The notes below the pieces were generated by a model. That model was not told the origin of the DNA, did not search any database, and saw only the letters and a program-made list of their open reading frames with translations. Positions 48,545-57,453 of a stretch of 64,000 nucleotides of DNA are shown one piece after another (the stretch's first letter is position 1; every line of letters starts with the position of its first letter). A program made the translations under genes and the position numbers. The stretch comes from Candidatus Woesebacteria bacterium (lineage in GTDB: Bacteria; Patescibacteriota; Microgenomatia; UBA1400; MFAQ01), in contig DAOORK010000001.1 in NCBI GenBank assembly GCA_035389185.1, positions 257,006 to 321,005 of the forward strand. Direction: 5' to 3'.

Positions 48545-50167
48545 TTAAGAAATTAGAATCGAAACTTTTAATAAGAATCTGTTTAGCAATTCTGGTTTTA
48601 GTATTATCACAACACCATGATGTCTATTCCTTACCATTTTTTTTATGATCTCATAGGTGCACTTATTATTTGTGTTTACAATGACTGATAACCTTTGTCT
48701 TTCATAAACCGGATAATCGTTGATATCGTTTCCAAAATGAATCGTTTCGGAATCTGATATTTTTTTATTGTTATCTTTTAAGACCTTTTTGACACCTAAA
48801 TATTTATTTGTTTTAGATGAAACGATATTCAAGTATCCTTCATTAATTTCGCAAAATAGCCCAATTTCTAAAAATTGTTTTCTGTAGTTTTTTAGGTTTT
48901 GCCGATTATGTTTTAACACCAATTTATTTATTCCTCCTAATTGAATTATTTTTAAATACGACTCCAACTTATCGCAGAAATATGACTGTGGATATTTGTC
49001 TTTAAAATGTCTTATCTGATTCCTGTCATTGGAATAGAAAACATAATTGAGGATATTTATTCTTGTCTTATTGTCAATTTTTATTTCACTTGAAGGGTAA
49101 TGTGCTATTACAATTACTTTATCCCCAATATTTCTTAGCAAACTTATAATTTGAACAAATGACTTTTTCTCAACAGGAATGTTGTGAATGATATTTTCGA
49201 CTTTAAGATTACTAATATTAGTATTTTTATCCAAGATTATTGCACCTTCGTTTAATACTGAAGGAAGAGTGAATAGGTCAGATACTTTATTCACCTCTTT
49301 GTCACATCTTTTTTTAATTTTTTGTATAAAACTACTAGGTCCTGCCCCGGTGACTACGATTGTGTCTGAATTTGTTTTTCTGATTGATCTGATACCTTTT
49401 AGTGGAAATTTATTATTGTTAATTATCGTTCCATCGAGATCAAAACTTAAAAGCTTAATATTTTGGAATAGATTTTTCTTTTGATTCAGAGTTCTAGTAA
49501 TTCCTTCAATTGAATCAACAAACAAGGTTTCCAATCCGCAATAATTTCCCTGTTTCTCGAGACAAGATGCCCCAATAGCACCGCCCGGATGATTTCTTAA
49601 AAAGTCTTTAAGCCTTATAGGAAATAGCTCAATGATTGACATAGCAAGTGATTGTAAATACATTAAAAAGGCTATCGTTGAATTGTTCGGGACAAGATTC
49701 CACGGATCTCCCTCATTTGGAATATTTAACACTACTTTCTGATCGACAAGATTTGCAGATCCCGATTCTGATGAACAGGTTAATAACCAAATTTCACAGT
49801 TACGTTTTTTTAGCTGATTGAGGAGCAAAATTGTTTCAGATGTATTTCCGCTTTTCGAGATGACTATGACCAGATCACCATCATGAACTGCTCCTAAATC
49901 ACCATGAATTGCACTGTTTGTATGCAAAAAATTTGCCCTTAATCCGAATGATGTTAACGAGCCAACAAATTTTTCACAAACAGGTACGTTTTTCCCTAAG
50001 CCAGATACAATTACCGATTTGTTGCTCTTTAGAGCATTAATACATTGTTTCAGTAATATATTTGAGTCTTTTTTCTTAAGCTGATTTTGACAATAGGACA
50101 AAGAATTAATTTGTTGAGAAAAATGCCAGTCAATTATTCCGCTTAATTTATTCTTAAGAGGTTTCAT
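48545..50167 (-). CDS. Bifunctional fusion: KdsD/KpsF-like arabinose-5-phosphate-isomerase SIS domain (no CBS pair) fused to a Cof-type (HAD-IIB) sugar-phosphate phosphatase
   Basis: 540 aa. Residues about 50-215 align with the KdsD SIS domain (SGLGKN, HGDLG, VISKSGNTSE, HPGGAIG). Residues about 230-540 carry HAD motifs I (LLSFDLDGTII) and IV (HFGNDINDYPV) with an intervening cap, like Cof/YidA. Confidence 0.65.
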   Translation of the reverse strand: MKPLKNKLSGIIDWHFSQQINSLSYCQNQLKKKDSNILLKQCINALKSNKSVIVSGLGKNVPVCEKFVGSLTSFGLRANFLHTNSAIHGDLGAVHDGDLVIVISKSGNTSETILLLNQLKKRNCEIWLLTCSSESGSANLVDQKVVLNIPNEGDPWNLVPNNSTIAFLMYLQSLAMSIIELFPIRLKDFLRNHPGGAIGASCLEKQGNYCGLETLFVDSIEGITRTLNQKKNLFQNIKLLSFDLDGTIINNNKFPLKGIRSIRKTNSDTIVVTGAGPSSFIQKIKKRCDKEVNKVSDLFTLPSVLNEGAIILDKNTNISNLKVENIIHNIPVEKKSFVQIISLLRNIGDKVIVIAHYPSSEIKIDNKTRINILNYVFYSNDRNQIRHFKDKYPQSYFCDKLESYLKIIQLGGINKLVLKHNRQNLKNYRKQFLEIGLFCEINEGYLNIVSSKTNKYLGVKKVLKDNNKKISDSETIHFGNDINDYPVYERQRLSVIVNTNNKCTYEIIKKMVRNRHHGVVIILKPELLNRFLLKVSILIS

Positions 50168-51684
50168 AAATCATCTTCTAAAATATCATTAATCAGATAT
50201 ACCCCTTTATAAAAGGCGCCGCATATTGAATCATAATTATCCCACGTGTATGAAGTAAGTGATAACCAAATTATTGCGTGTATTATTTTGATTTTTCTTA
50301 TATCTCTGTTAATTAGTTTAAAAAATTGTTTTTCTAGTTTATGCCAACCACTTGATGATATTTTTATAGAAATATTATTATCATCAATTGTTAACCTAAA
50401 ATTTTTTCTGTTGAACTGGTCGTAGTCTCCGATAATTGAATAATATAGTTTTGCCCAATCATAGTCTTCATCTCCAAATAATATTTCTTTCCCGAAGTAA
50501 CCTCTTGGATCAATAAAAACAATTCTTGAATCTGATGAAAAGATTATATTTGAGAACGTTATATCTCCATGAATAACCTTGTAATCGTTCGAATAGTAAG
50601 GTTTTATTAGATCTTCGACAATTTTGAAGTTTTTGTACACATTGATGCATTTTTTCCCGTTTATCATAATATAGTCCTGATCAATCAAAGGAATTAAACT
50701 GGCGATCTTTGTCATCCTTTCCTTAGTCTTTGAAAGAAATGCTATGTCATTATTTTGGTGATAATCTTGCTTTTTGGTTGGTTTAATTACATGTATTGTC
50801 CTTATTTGTTCAATAATTTTTTTCAAAATATTATTTTTTTCTCTTAAACTCATTCGCATCTCATAGAGAGGTTTCCCATTAATAAATTTCATTGTTAATG
50901 GGTCGTAGGATAGAATCCGAGGAAGAAAATCAATTTTGTATGATTCCAGCGATTGATACCATTTTTTTTCAAGTAATGCCAAATCCATCCCTTGTTTATT
51001 TACTGGAATTTTTTTAAGTATGCCCTTTTCTACTTCAATACGATTGAAAGCTCGGGAAACTAAACTAGCGTTACAAAATTTTGAGTATTTATGTAGCGTT
51101 CCGATTTCTTTTATACCTTCTGGATAAAACTGAACCATTGCAACTCTGTCATTTCTGAGAAATTTGCAAAACTCCGTTTCGTTAGGAATATTTGATAACG
51201 CTTTTTTGTCTTTAAAAACGAACAATCCGATTATTCCTCTTCTTTTACTCGGTTGCTCAACAGGTAAACCTCTTTGGAAACTCCATCGACATTTAAACTG
51301 ATTGGAAAGCCCAATGTAGTTCGTAGACGAAGATAGTTTATTTATAAAATTGGCATTTTCCAAATACAGATCACACCAAATTAGCAAAAAGGGGGTTTTT
51401 GATGGTATTTTCCTCAGACACTGTTTTATTCCACCGCCATCAAATTTGTAATGAGTTTTTACTATTTCATAATTATCTGTTGGAGAATAGATTGAAAGAT
51501 ATTTTTTAAGTAAGTCACTCTTATAATCGGAAATTATCAGAATTTTTGCTTTAGGAAATAATTTTATTGTCCTAATAATTAAGGGTTCGTTATTGATGGA
51601 AATAAGTGCTTTGGGTTTATTTGCTGTCAAATAGCCCATTCTATTACCCCTTCCCCCCGCTTGAATTATGACGTATTTAACCAT
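50164..51684 (-). CDS. Bifunctional fusion: N-terminal sugar/phospho-alcohol nucleotidyltransferase (LicC/RmlA-like) plus C-terminal APH/choline-kinase-fold kinase (LicA/AmgK-like)
   Basis: 506 aa. N-terminal VIIQAGGRGNRMGYLTANKPKALISINNEPLI (G-G-x-G-x-R plus KPKAL, very similar to the LicC N-terminus). C-terminal VIHGDITFSNIIF...VFIDPRGYFG...DEDYDWAKL (catalytic HGD..N loop and IDxE/DW motif of APH/ChoK-like kinases). Confidence 0.65.
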   Translation of the reverse strand: MVKYVIIQAGGRGNRMGYLTANKPKALISINNEPLIIRTIKLFPKAKILIISDYKSDLLKKYLSIYSPTDNYEIVKTHYKFDGGGIKQCLRKIPSKTPFLLIWCDLYLENANFINKLSSSTNYIGLSNQFKCRWSFQRGLPVEQPSKRRGIIGLFVFKDKKALSNIPNETEFCKFLRNDRVAMVQFYPEGIKEIGTLHKYSKFCNASLVSRAFNRIEVEKGILKKIPVNKQGMDLALLEKKWYQSLESYKIDFLPRILSYDPLTMKFINGKPLYEMRMSLREKNNILKKIIEQIRTIHVIKPTKKQDYHQNNDIAFLSKTKERMTKIASLIPLIDQDYIMINGKKCINVYKNFKIVEDLIKPYYSNDYKVIHGDITFSNIIFSSDSRIVFIDPRGYFGKEILFGDEDYDWAKLYYSIIGDYDQFNRKNFRLTIDDNNISIKISSSGWHKLEKQFFKLINRDIRKIKIIHAIIWLSLTSYTWDNYDSICGAFYKGVYLINDILEDDL

Positions 51685-52369
51685 TCTTTAATTTTAGAAA
51701 TAAGGTTGACCAACCTTTATTTTTGTTAAAGTCTTTGTCGTTTTTGCTCATAAAATATCCTTCTAGCATCGGTTTTGATCTAAATACCCATTTAGAAATA
51801 TATAAATTTAACATACTAAATTGTTCCCACCAGCTACCTCTTGTTATTATCTTTTTAATTATAAAATTTGTTTCGTTTACAATCTTTTTAAGCTTCTTTG
51901 AAGAATAATGGCGGTGGCCTACTAACCACCAGGCTGGGTCGAGAACACAAGACCAAAATGACTGATTTGGTGTTGAAATATATAAAACTCCTCCTTTTTT
52001 TAGGACTCTTGAAGCTTCTTTGAAAAAAATGTTTTCTGTCCCCTTTGGTATGTGCTCGAGTACTTCCCAACACACTACAGTATCGAATGATTTCATTGTA
52101 AAGGGAATTTTGATGGCGCTTCCAATTTTAAAACCGATTTCTCTGCATTTTATCGTTTTTGCTGTTTTTAAATCGTTTTTGCTAATCTCCATACCAATAA
52201 TTTTTTTTACACCTTGATTTTTTGCCCACAATTCGAACCATCCGAAGCCGCATCCAACATTAAGTACTTTTTTATTTTTGATATCTTTCTTTTCAACAAA
52301 CTTATTCACGGTAAATAACGTTCGACCAGACAACTTCATGTATGGTGTTTGATTAAGCAAGTTTTTCAT
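51677..52369 (-). CDS. Class I SAM-dependent methyltransferase
   Basis: 230 aa; VLNVGCGFGWF motif I, VVCWEVLEHI, GGVLYISTPN. Confidence 0.6.
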   Translation of the reverse strand: MKNLLNQTPYMKLSGRTLFTVNKFVEKKDIKNKKVLNVGCGFGWFELWAKNQGVKKIIGMEISKNDLKTAKTIKCREIGFKIGSAIKIPFTMKSFDTVVCWEVLEHIPKGTENIFFKEASRVLKKGGVLYISTPNQSFWSCVLDPAWWLVGHRHYSSKKLKKIVNETNFIIKKIITRGSWWEQFSMLNLYISKWVFRSKPMLEGYFMSKNDKDFNKNKGWSTLFLKLKNG

Positions 52370-53217
52370 TTATTTTGAAAAATATAGGAAAGCCAGGTAA
52401 TAAATCTAATGCTATACATACTTATTGCTAGTATCGGATGAGCAACAAGTTTTTTCCATTTATCGTTCTCGACGTATACGACTACTGACCTATACCAAAG
52501 ACCTAACTGTTTCGTGACATCCTTATCATCCTTTCCCCATTTGTTCACATAGCTATCAAAGGTTTTAACATATTTTTTCTTTTTTCTTAAAAAGGTTTTT
52601 AAATCGAGTAACTCTTCGTGGTGATATATGCCTTTTTGGGTGATTGAAATTTTATTTGTTTGTTTTTTAATTGTTTTTGTTAAATCCCAGTCGTCAGCAC
52701 CAAACATAATATTTTTTTCGTCATAACCACCAATTTTTTTAAACAAAGTTCGGTTTACTACTCTTATGGCATCAACAGGGGTTTTATTATAAAAGCTTCG
52801 TTCAAAGTTTCTAACTTTTCCAAAATATCCGTTTCCCTTGATGGTTTCAGGAATATAAAGGGCGTCAAACCTGTTCATTTTTTGGGATATTTCCTGAAAG
52901 AGTCCTTTATCGAAAGTCATGTCGGCATCGGGAAAGAAAATTATTTCTCCTGTGGATTTTTTTAAACCCTGATTTACTTGGGCGCCACGAAAATTTTTCG
53001 TTTTATTGCCGATTACAACATCGAACACATTTTTTGTATATTTGAGAGCAATCTTTTTTGTGTCGTCATTGGAATGATTATCTACGACAATAATTTCTAT
53101 ATTTTTTCGAGGAAATTTTTGCTCTTTAATTGACTGTAGGCAATTCCCAATATGATTTTCTTCGTTTTTTGTAGCTACAATTGCGGTAATCTTCATAAGA
53201 GTTATCTTGAATGCCAA
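52366..53217 (-). CDS. Glycosyltransferase family 2
   Basis: 283 aa; ITAIVATKNEENHI...IIVVDNHSNDDT...FFPDADM. Confidence 0.65.
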   Translation of the reverse strand: MAFKITLMKITAIVATKNEENHIGNCLQSIKEQKFPRKNIEIIVVDNHSNDDTKKIALKYTKNVFDVVIGNKTKNFRGAQVNQGLKKSTGEIIFFPDADMTFDKGLFQEISQKMNRFDALYIPETIKGNGYFGKVRNFERSFYNKTPVDAIRVVNRTLFKKIGGYDEKNIMFGADDWDLTKTIKKQTNKISITQKGIYHHEELLDLKTFLRKKKKYVKTFDSYVNKWGKDDKDVTKQLGLWYRSVVVYVENDKWKKLVAHPILAISMYSIRFITWLSYIFQNK

Positions 53218-54179
53218 TTCCAGGCGTCCTTGATGATATCATCGATATTATATTTACTTTTCCATTTTAAAATTTTGTTAGCCTTCGATGGATCGGCCAC
53301 CAGTATTGGTGGATCACCGACCCTTTGCTTCTCTTTGATTACAGCGAATTTTGATTGATATTTTTTTACTTTATCAACGATCTCCTTAACTGATGTTCCG
53401 ATTCCAGTCCCAATATTAAAGAAATTTGTGCCTGTTTTTTTGTTCATGTACTGAAGAGCTTTCAGATGAGCATCCGCTAAATCGAGGACGTGAACATAAT
53501 CACGAATACAAGTACCGTCGGGAGTAGAATAATTATTTCCAAAGATACTAATTGATTTTCTTTTCTTTTGGGCAGCACTTATTACCAATGGAATAAGATG
53601 AGTTTCAGGATTGTGTGATTCTCCAATTTCAAAACCTGCCCCAGCTGCATTAAAATATCTCAGTCTAACGGAATTCACTTTGTATATTTGCCAATACCAT
53701 TCGAGGATTTTCTCGAACATCAGTTTACTTTCCCCATACGGATTGATGGGAGAATTTGGCTGATCTTCTGTTATAGGAGTAGTCTTTGGTGTGCCATATA
53801 CAGCGCAACTTGAAGAAAATACAATTTTTTTACATCCGTTTGCTACCATTGCTTCGAGTAGATTAACACCTCCTTGAATATTATTTTCAAAATACTTTCC
53901 AGGATTTTCCATTGATTCGCCGACAAAAGCATATGCTGCGAAATGAATTACCGAATCAATCTTGTGTTCCTTGAATATTTTAGCGACTGTTTTTTTGTTT
54001 AACAAATCTCCTTTTACAAAAACTACTCCTTTGGGTAAATATGACTTATGTCCATAAATCAAATTATCAACTACAACAATATTTTTTGGGTCAATTCCCT
54101 GATTAACAAAGTAATGAACTGTGTGAGAACCTATGTAGCCAGCTCCTCCTGTTATTAATATTTTTTTATCGTTATTCAT
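53202..54179 (-). CDS. UDP-hexose 4-epimerase (GalE-family SDR), second copy
   Basis: 325 aa; ILITGGAGYIGSH, YGESK, LRYFNAAGA; paralogue of 29021..30004 but in the low-GC block. Confidence 0.75.
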   Translation of the reverse strand: MNNDKKILITGGAGYIGSHTVHYFVNQGIDPKNIVVVDNLIYGHKSYLPKGVVFVKGDLLNKKTVAKIFKEHKIDSVIHFAAYAFVGESMENPGKYFENNIQGGVNLLEAMVANGCKKIVFSSSCAVYGTPKTTPITEDQPNSPINPYGESKLMFEKILEWYWQIYKVNSVRLRYFNAAGAGFEIGESHNPETHLIPLVISAAQKKRKSISIFGNNYSTPDGTCIRDYVHVLDLADAHLKALQYMNKKTGTNFFNIGTGIGTSVKEIVDKVKKYQSKFAVIKEKQRVGDPPILVADPSKANKILKWKSKYNIDDIIKDAWNWHSR

Positions 54180-54192
54180 TGTTTATCTTTTA

Positions 54193-55650
54193 TTAGGAAA
54201 AATCTGTAAGATGCCCGATAACCTTACCGGCGGCTCGGAAAAGGAATTTGACATCATCGATATTTCTAATTGAGGTGATCTTTTTGATAATGAATTTTGG
54301 AGTAATAAATGAACGATAGAGGTCTTGGGTAAGTTCTTTTACTTGGGTACTGGTGAGAGGACATTTCATCACTTGTTCTCTTTGATCAAAACGGTCGTAA
54401 TCAGTAAAGTTTAAAAGATCATTTTCCAAGCAGAATTTATAAAGAGGAGTACCGGGATAAGGAATAAGAATGGTGGCTTGAAGAGTGTCCACAAACCCAT
54501 TTTTAAATAACTTTTTGGACAGATTGACTGTTCTCTGGGCATCTTTGTAGGTTTCCCAAGGATAACCGATCATTGTCGTGATATGGGGCTCAAGACCAGC
54601 CTCTTTGCACATCTTTAGACCAGGAGCAATCTCTTTTACTTTTAGATTTTTATTGATCTTGTCGAGAGTCTTCTGGTTTGCTGATTCCAATCCAAAGAGA
54701 ATAAATCTGAATCCGGCCTTTTTCATTAGCTGCCAAGTTTCCGGTTTACGAATACCGGTGATGCGCATATTACAGCTCATGACAATTTTTTTGTTGTACC
54801 CGCGATCGATCATTCCCTGACAAAAATCAATTAGCCACTTGCCTATTGGGAGACTGCCCGAGTCTTCCATAATCTCTTTGACGCCGAGATCGATTAACTG
54901 GCCAACTTCATCTAAGGCTAGTTTGGCCGATCGAGTACGGAATTTGTTTCCGGGAAAAAGTGTTGTCCAAGAACAAAAAGCACATTTACCCCACCAACAG
55001 TCCCGACCAGACATCATATAAGCACCTGGAGTGTGTTTGAAGTTGCCATTTTTGTAAGCGTAGTTTTGCCATTTTGTGAGTCGACGATCGATCATTGGAA
55101 GTTCATCTAGGGCGTGAGAGTGCGGGTCGTAGACTCCGGTATTTTTTATTGTTTTTCCGTCTTTGTACCAGACACCGCCAGAAAAGTCTCCTTTGCGATT
55201 TAGCTTGGCCACGATTGAAGCAAGAATAAAATCGTAATCTCCCCCAGCAATGACATAATCAACCTTTGAATTCTCAAATGTCTCTTGGGGAAGAGCGGTT
55301 ACGTGATCCCCCATTAATACAATTTTTGATTTGGGAAGTTTCTTCTTTAGCTCGTTAACAATCAGCCAATGGCGTTTTACTACCGGAGTTTTTGTTTCAA
55401 AAACGATCAGATCAGGATGTCTTTTGACAGTTCTCTTGAACCACTGGACATAGGTCAGTTCTTCGGCAATGCCATCGTCCCAGTAGACTTTGTAGCCTTG
55501 CGACTTGAGTAAAGTAGCTGCATATGCGGGAATAACCGGATAGATGAAGGTTGGGCTGGTAAACCATTGGAACTGTCTGTTTTGGGATAGAAGAGGTGTT
55601 CCCTTTTCAGACTCAAGTGGTGGGTAACTAATAGAAATTGTTTTTATCAT
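54193..55650 (-). CDS. B12-binding-domain radical SAM protein (class B-like) with an unusual CX4CX2C cluster motif
   Basis: 485 aa. N-terminal Rossmann-like cobalamin-binding-type region (KIVLMGDHVTALP, DYVIAGGDYDF), then GRDCWWGKCAFCSW Cys triad, then TIM-barrel-like region (RFILFGLESANQKTLDKINK). The canonical motif would be CX3CX2C. Confidence 0.55.
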   Translation of the reverse strand: MIKTISISYPPLESEKGTPLLSQNRQFQWFTSPTFIYPVIPAYAATLLKSQGYKVYWDDGIAEELTYVQWFKRTVKRHPDLIVFETKTPVVKRHWLIVNELKKKLPKSKIVLMGDHVTALPQETFENSKVDYVIAGGDYDFILASIVAKLNRKGDFSGGVWYKDGKTIKNTGVYDPHSHALDELPMIDRRLTKWQNYAYKNGNFKHTPGAYMMSGRDCWWGKCAFCSWTTLFPGNKFRTRSAKLALDEVGQLIDLGVKEIMEDSGSLPIGKWLIDFCQGMIDRGYNKKIVMSCNMRITGIRKPETWQLMKKAGFRFILFGLESANQKTLDKINKNLKVKEIAPGLKMCKEAGLEPHITTMIGYPWETYKDAQRTVNLSKKLFKNGFVDTLQATILIPYPGTPLYKFCLENDLLNFTDYDRFDQREQVMKCPLTSTQVKELTQDLYRSFITPKFIIKKITSIRNIDDVKFLFRAAGKVIGHLTDFS

Positions 55651-56651
55651 CTCTTTAGTTTAGCAGTAAAGAAAAATCCTTCCATAAATTTCAGACCATA
55701 CCAAGAGTGAGTGAGAAAAATAGCAGGAATTGAGACTAGACCTTGAAAAATACTCTGAGAGCGCTTGGATATCCAAACAGAGTTGACAACAAGAGACAAT
55801 ATATAAAGACAAAGAAAAAATAGACCTGTTTGGCGAATCAAACTAAAAAGTGACGAGTTGACGAAAAAGGATAATAGAAGAAGGACCAAACCAATATCCA
55901 TCAACGAGGGTAGCATATATAACGGACGAAGCGATGTTTGGGGAAGCACTTTAGCAAAGAAACCTCGGTGTAGTCCAAAATTGCCGTTTTGCCTTAGGTG
56001 ACCCCGCCACAATAGCCGACGGTGATGATAGACAATCGTTTTGGGATCATAGATTATTCTCTTGCCGGTTTTGTTGACTAGGTCAAGACAGAGTTTGGTA
56101 TCTTCACCAGGCCAGTAATTTGAGTCGAAACCACCTACGGATAAAAAATCTGTTCGACGGATCGACAAATTCATGGAGGGAAAATCGTCCACGTATTTTT
56201 TTGCACCGGCTAAGAATCGGTAGTAGTAGAACCCTGATCCAAAAGGAGACGCTGAGGCCCACCCTGAGGCCTCTTCTTGCCAAGAAACACCTGGAGGTGT
56301 GACTCCTGGTCCTCCGACCGCGACAATGTCTTTTTTGGAGAAATGGCGAACAATACTTGCTAGCCAGTTTGGGTTTGGATAGGCATCATCGTCAATGAAG
56401 GCGATGATGTCACCTTTGGCGACCTCGGCTCCATGATCACGTTTGTTAGCAGGCGGAATATACTTCCCCTGGTAATCAATAATTTTTAGGTGGGGATATT
56501 TGATTTTTTTGGGGTGATCGGTTTCTAGAATTATTTCAAAATGTTTGTAGGTTTGTTTTTGAAGGGCATCCAAACACTCGATCAGATATGGATTGTTTTT
56601 CTTGTAATCAATTACAACAACAGACACAAGGAGATCCTTTTGCTTATTCAT
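55647..56651 (-). CDS. Glycosyltransferase family 2 with C-terminal transmembrane segments
   Basis: 334 aa; VSVVVIDYKKNNPYL..., DDDAYPNPNW (DXD), about 3 C-terminal TM helices. Confidence 0.6.
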   Translation of the reverse strand: MNKQKDLLVSVVVIDYKKNNPYLIECLDALQKQTYKHFEIILETDHPKKIKYPHLKIIDYQGKYIPPANKRDHGAEVAKGDIIAFIDDDAYPNPNWLASIVRHFSKKDIVAVGGPGVTPPGVSWQEEASGWASASPFGSGFYYYRFLAGAKKYVDDFPSMNLSIRRTDFLSVGGFDSNYWPGEDTKLCLDLVNKTGKRIIYDPKTIVYHHRRLLWRGHLRQNGNFGLHRGFFAKVLPQTSLRPLYMLPSLMDIGLVLLLLSFFVNSSLFSLIRQTGLFFLCLYILSLVVNSVWISKRSQSIFQGLVSIPAIFLTHSWYGLKFMEGFFFTAKLKR

Positions 56652-57441
56652 AGCGAAGTTTTAGATTGGGGTCGCCCTGCCAAAGGTCGTGATGATTATC
56701 GTCGTAGTAACGAAGAATATAGGTGCGGTAAATAATGGCTAAGTAGTCGATGGCAAAGTTTTGTACCGATTGAAGACCGATATTGCTTTGGAAGTTATAG
56801 TTTATCTCGACCGGAGACTCGTAGATTTTTTTGAAACCTAGACGATTGGCCACGGCAAGCATTTCCAGATCAAAAGCCCAACGCTTAACAAGTAATCGAG
56901 GAAGTACTTTGACCAAAACCTCTCTTCTGAAAACTTTGAGGCCCGTTTGGGTATCAGAGACATTGAGACCAAAAAAGAAGCGGGTGGCTTTTTGGACAAG
57001 AAAACTTAAGATTTTTCTTTTGAAAGGATAAACAACTTTGCTTGCATGGTGTCGTTTGGAACCGATAATAATATCGGCATCGTACCACTTCATGTGTTCA
57101 AGAGCCAAACCAATTCCTTTTGCATTGAGATCAGAACCGGCATCGATAAAAGCGATTATTCCTCCTTTGGCTCTGGCCATACCAAAACGAATGGCATAAC
57201 CCTTGCCTTTGTTTTCCGGATAAAAAAAGGTGTGCGTGTTTTTGTTTTTTATTTTTTTGGCTAATTCAAAAGTGTGATCTGATTTGTTTTTTCGGCCATC
57301 GACAACACAGATAATTTCATAAGGTCGGTTTAGTTCAGAGAGATATTGATTTAAGGTGGATAAATCACGAAAAATTGTTTTGCAGTTGTAAGCTGGAACA
57401 ATGACAGAGAGTAGATTGGGGTTGGCGGACAACTTGGTCAT
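56644..57441 (-). CDS. GT2 polyprenol-phosphate sugar synthase-like (DPM1/GtrB-like), second copy
   Basis: 265 aa; LSVIVPAYNCKT...ICVVDGRKNKSD...GKGYAIRFG...FIDAGSDL; no TM; resembles 31102..31794. Confidence 0.55.
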   Translation of the reverse strand: MTKLSANPNLLSVIVPAYNCKTIFRDLSTLNQYLSELNRPYEIICVVDGRKNKSDHTFELAKKIKNKNTHTFFYPENKGKGYAIRFGMARAKGGIIAFIDAGSDLNAKGIGLALEHMKWYDADIIIGSKRHHASKVVYPFKRKILSFLVQKATRFFFGLNVSDTQTGLKVFRREVLVKVLPRLLVKRWAFDLEMLAVANRLGFKKIYESPVEINYNFQSNIGLQSVQNFAIDYLAIIYRTYILRYYDDNHHDLWQGDPNLKLRYE

Positions 57442-57453
57442 AATCTTTCCGAA

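Noticed and set aside
48545-50167. Considered whether the SIS domain is a MurQ-type MurNAc-6-P etherase. With the HAD and kinase/NTase fusions this would give a MurQ-MupP-AmgK-MurU-like UDP-MurNAc salvage route.
   Set aside because: The SIS domain shows KdsD/KpsF signatures (HGDLG, HPGGAIG) rather than the MurQ GAGTSGRLG/ASGRTP pattern, so a MurQ function is unlikely. The AmgK/MurU-like reading of the second fusion is kept only as an alternative.
48545-51684. Considered a Kdo (KdsD-KdsA-KdsC-KdsB) pathway
   Set aside because: No Kdo-8-P synthase is present. The nucleotidyltransferase has the GlmU/RmlA/LicC-type GGxGxR motif rather than the KdsB PARYASTRLPGKPL motif, and the phosphatase is Cof-type rather than the capless KdsC type.
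50164-53217. Considered a complete phosphocholine (LicA-LicC-LicD) decoration system
   Set aside because: No LicD-family phosphocholine transferase (YFLDGGTLLG...DDDID motif) or LicB-like transporter is recognisable in the window. The LicC/LicA similarity is retained only at the fold/family level.
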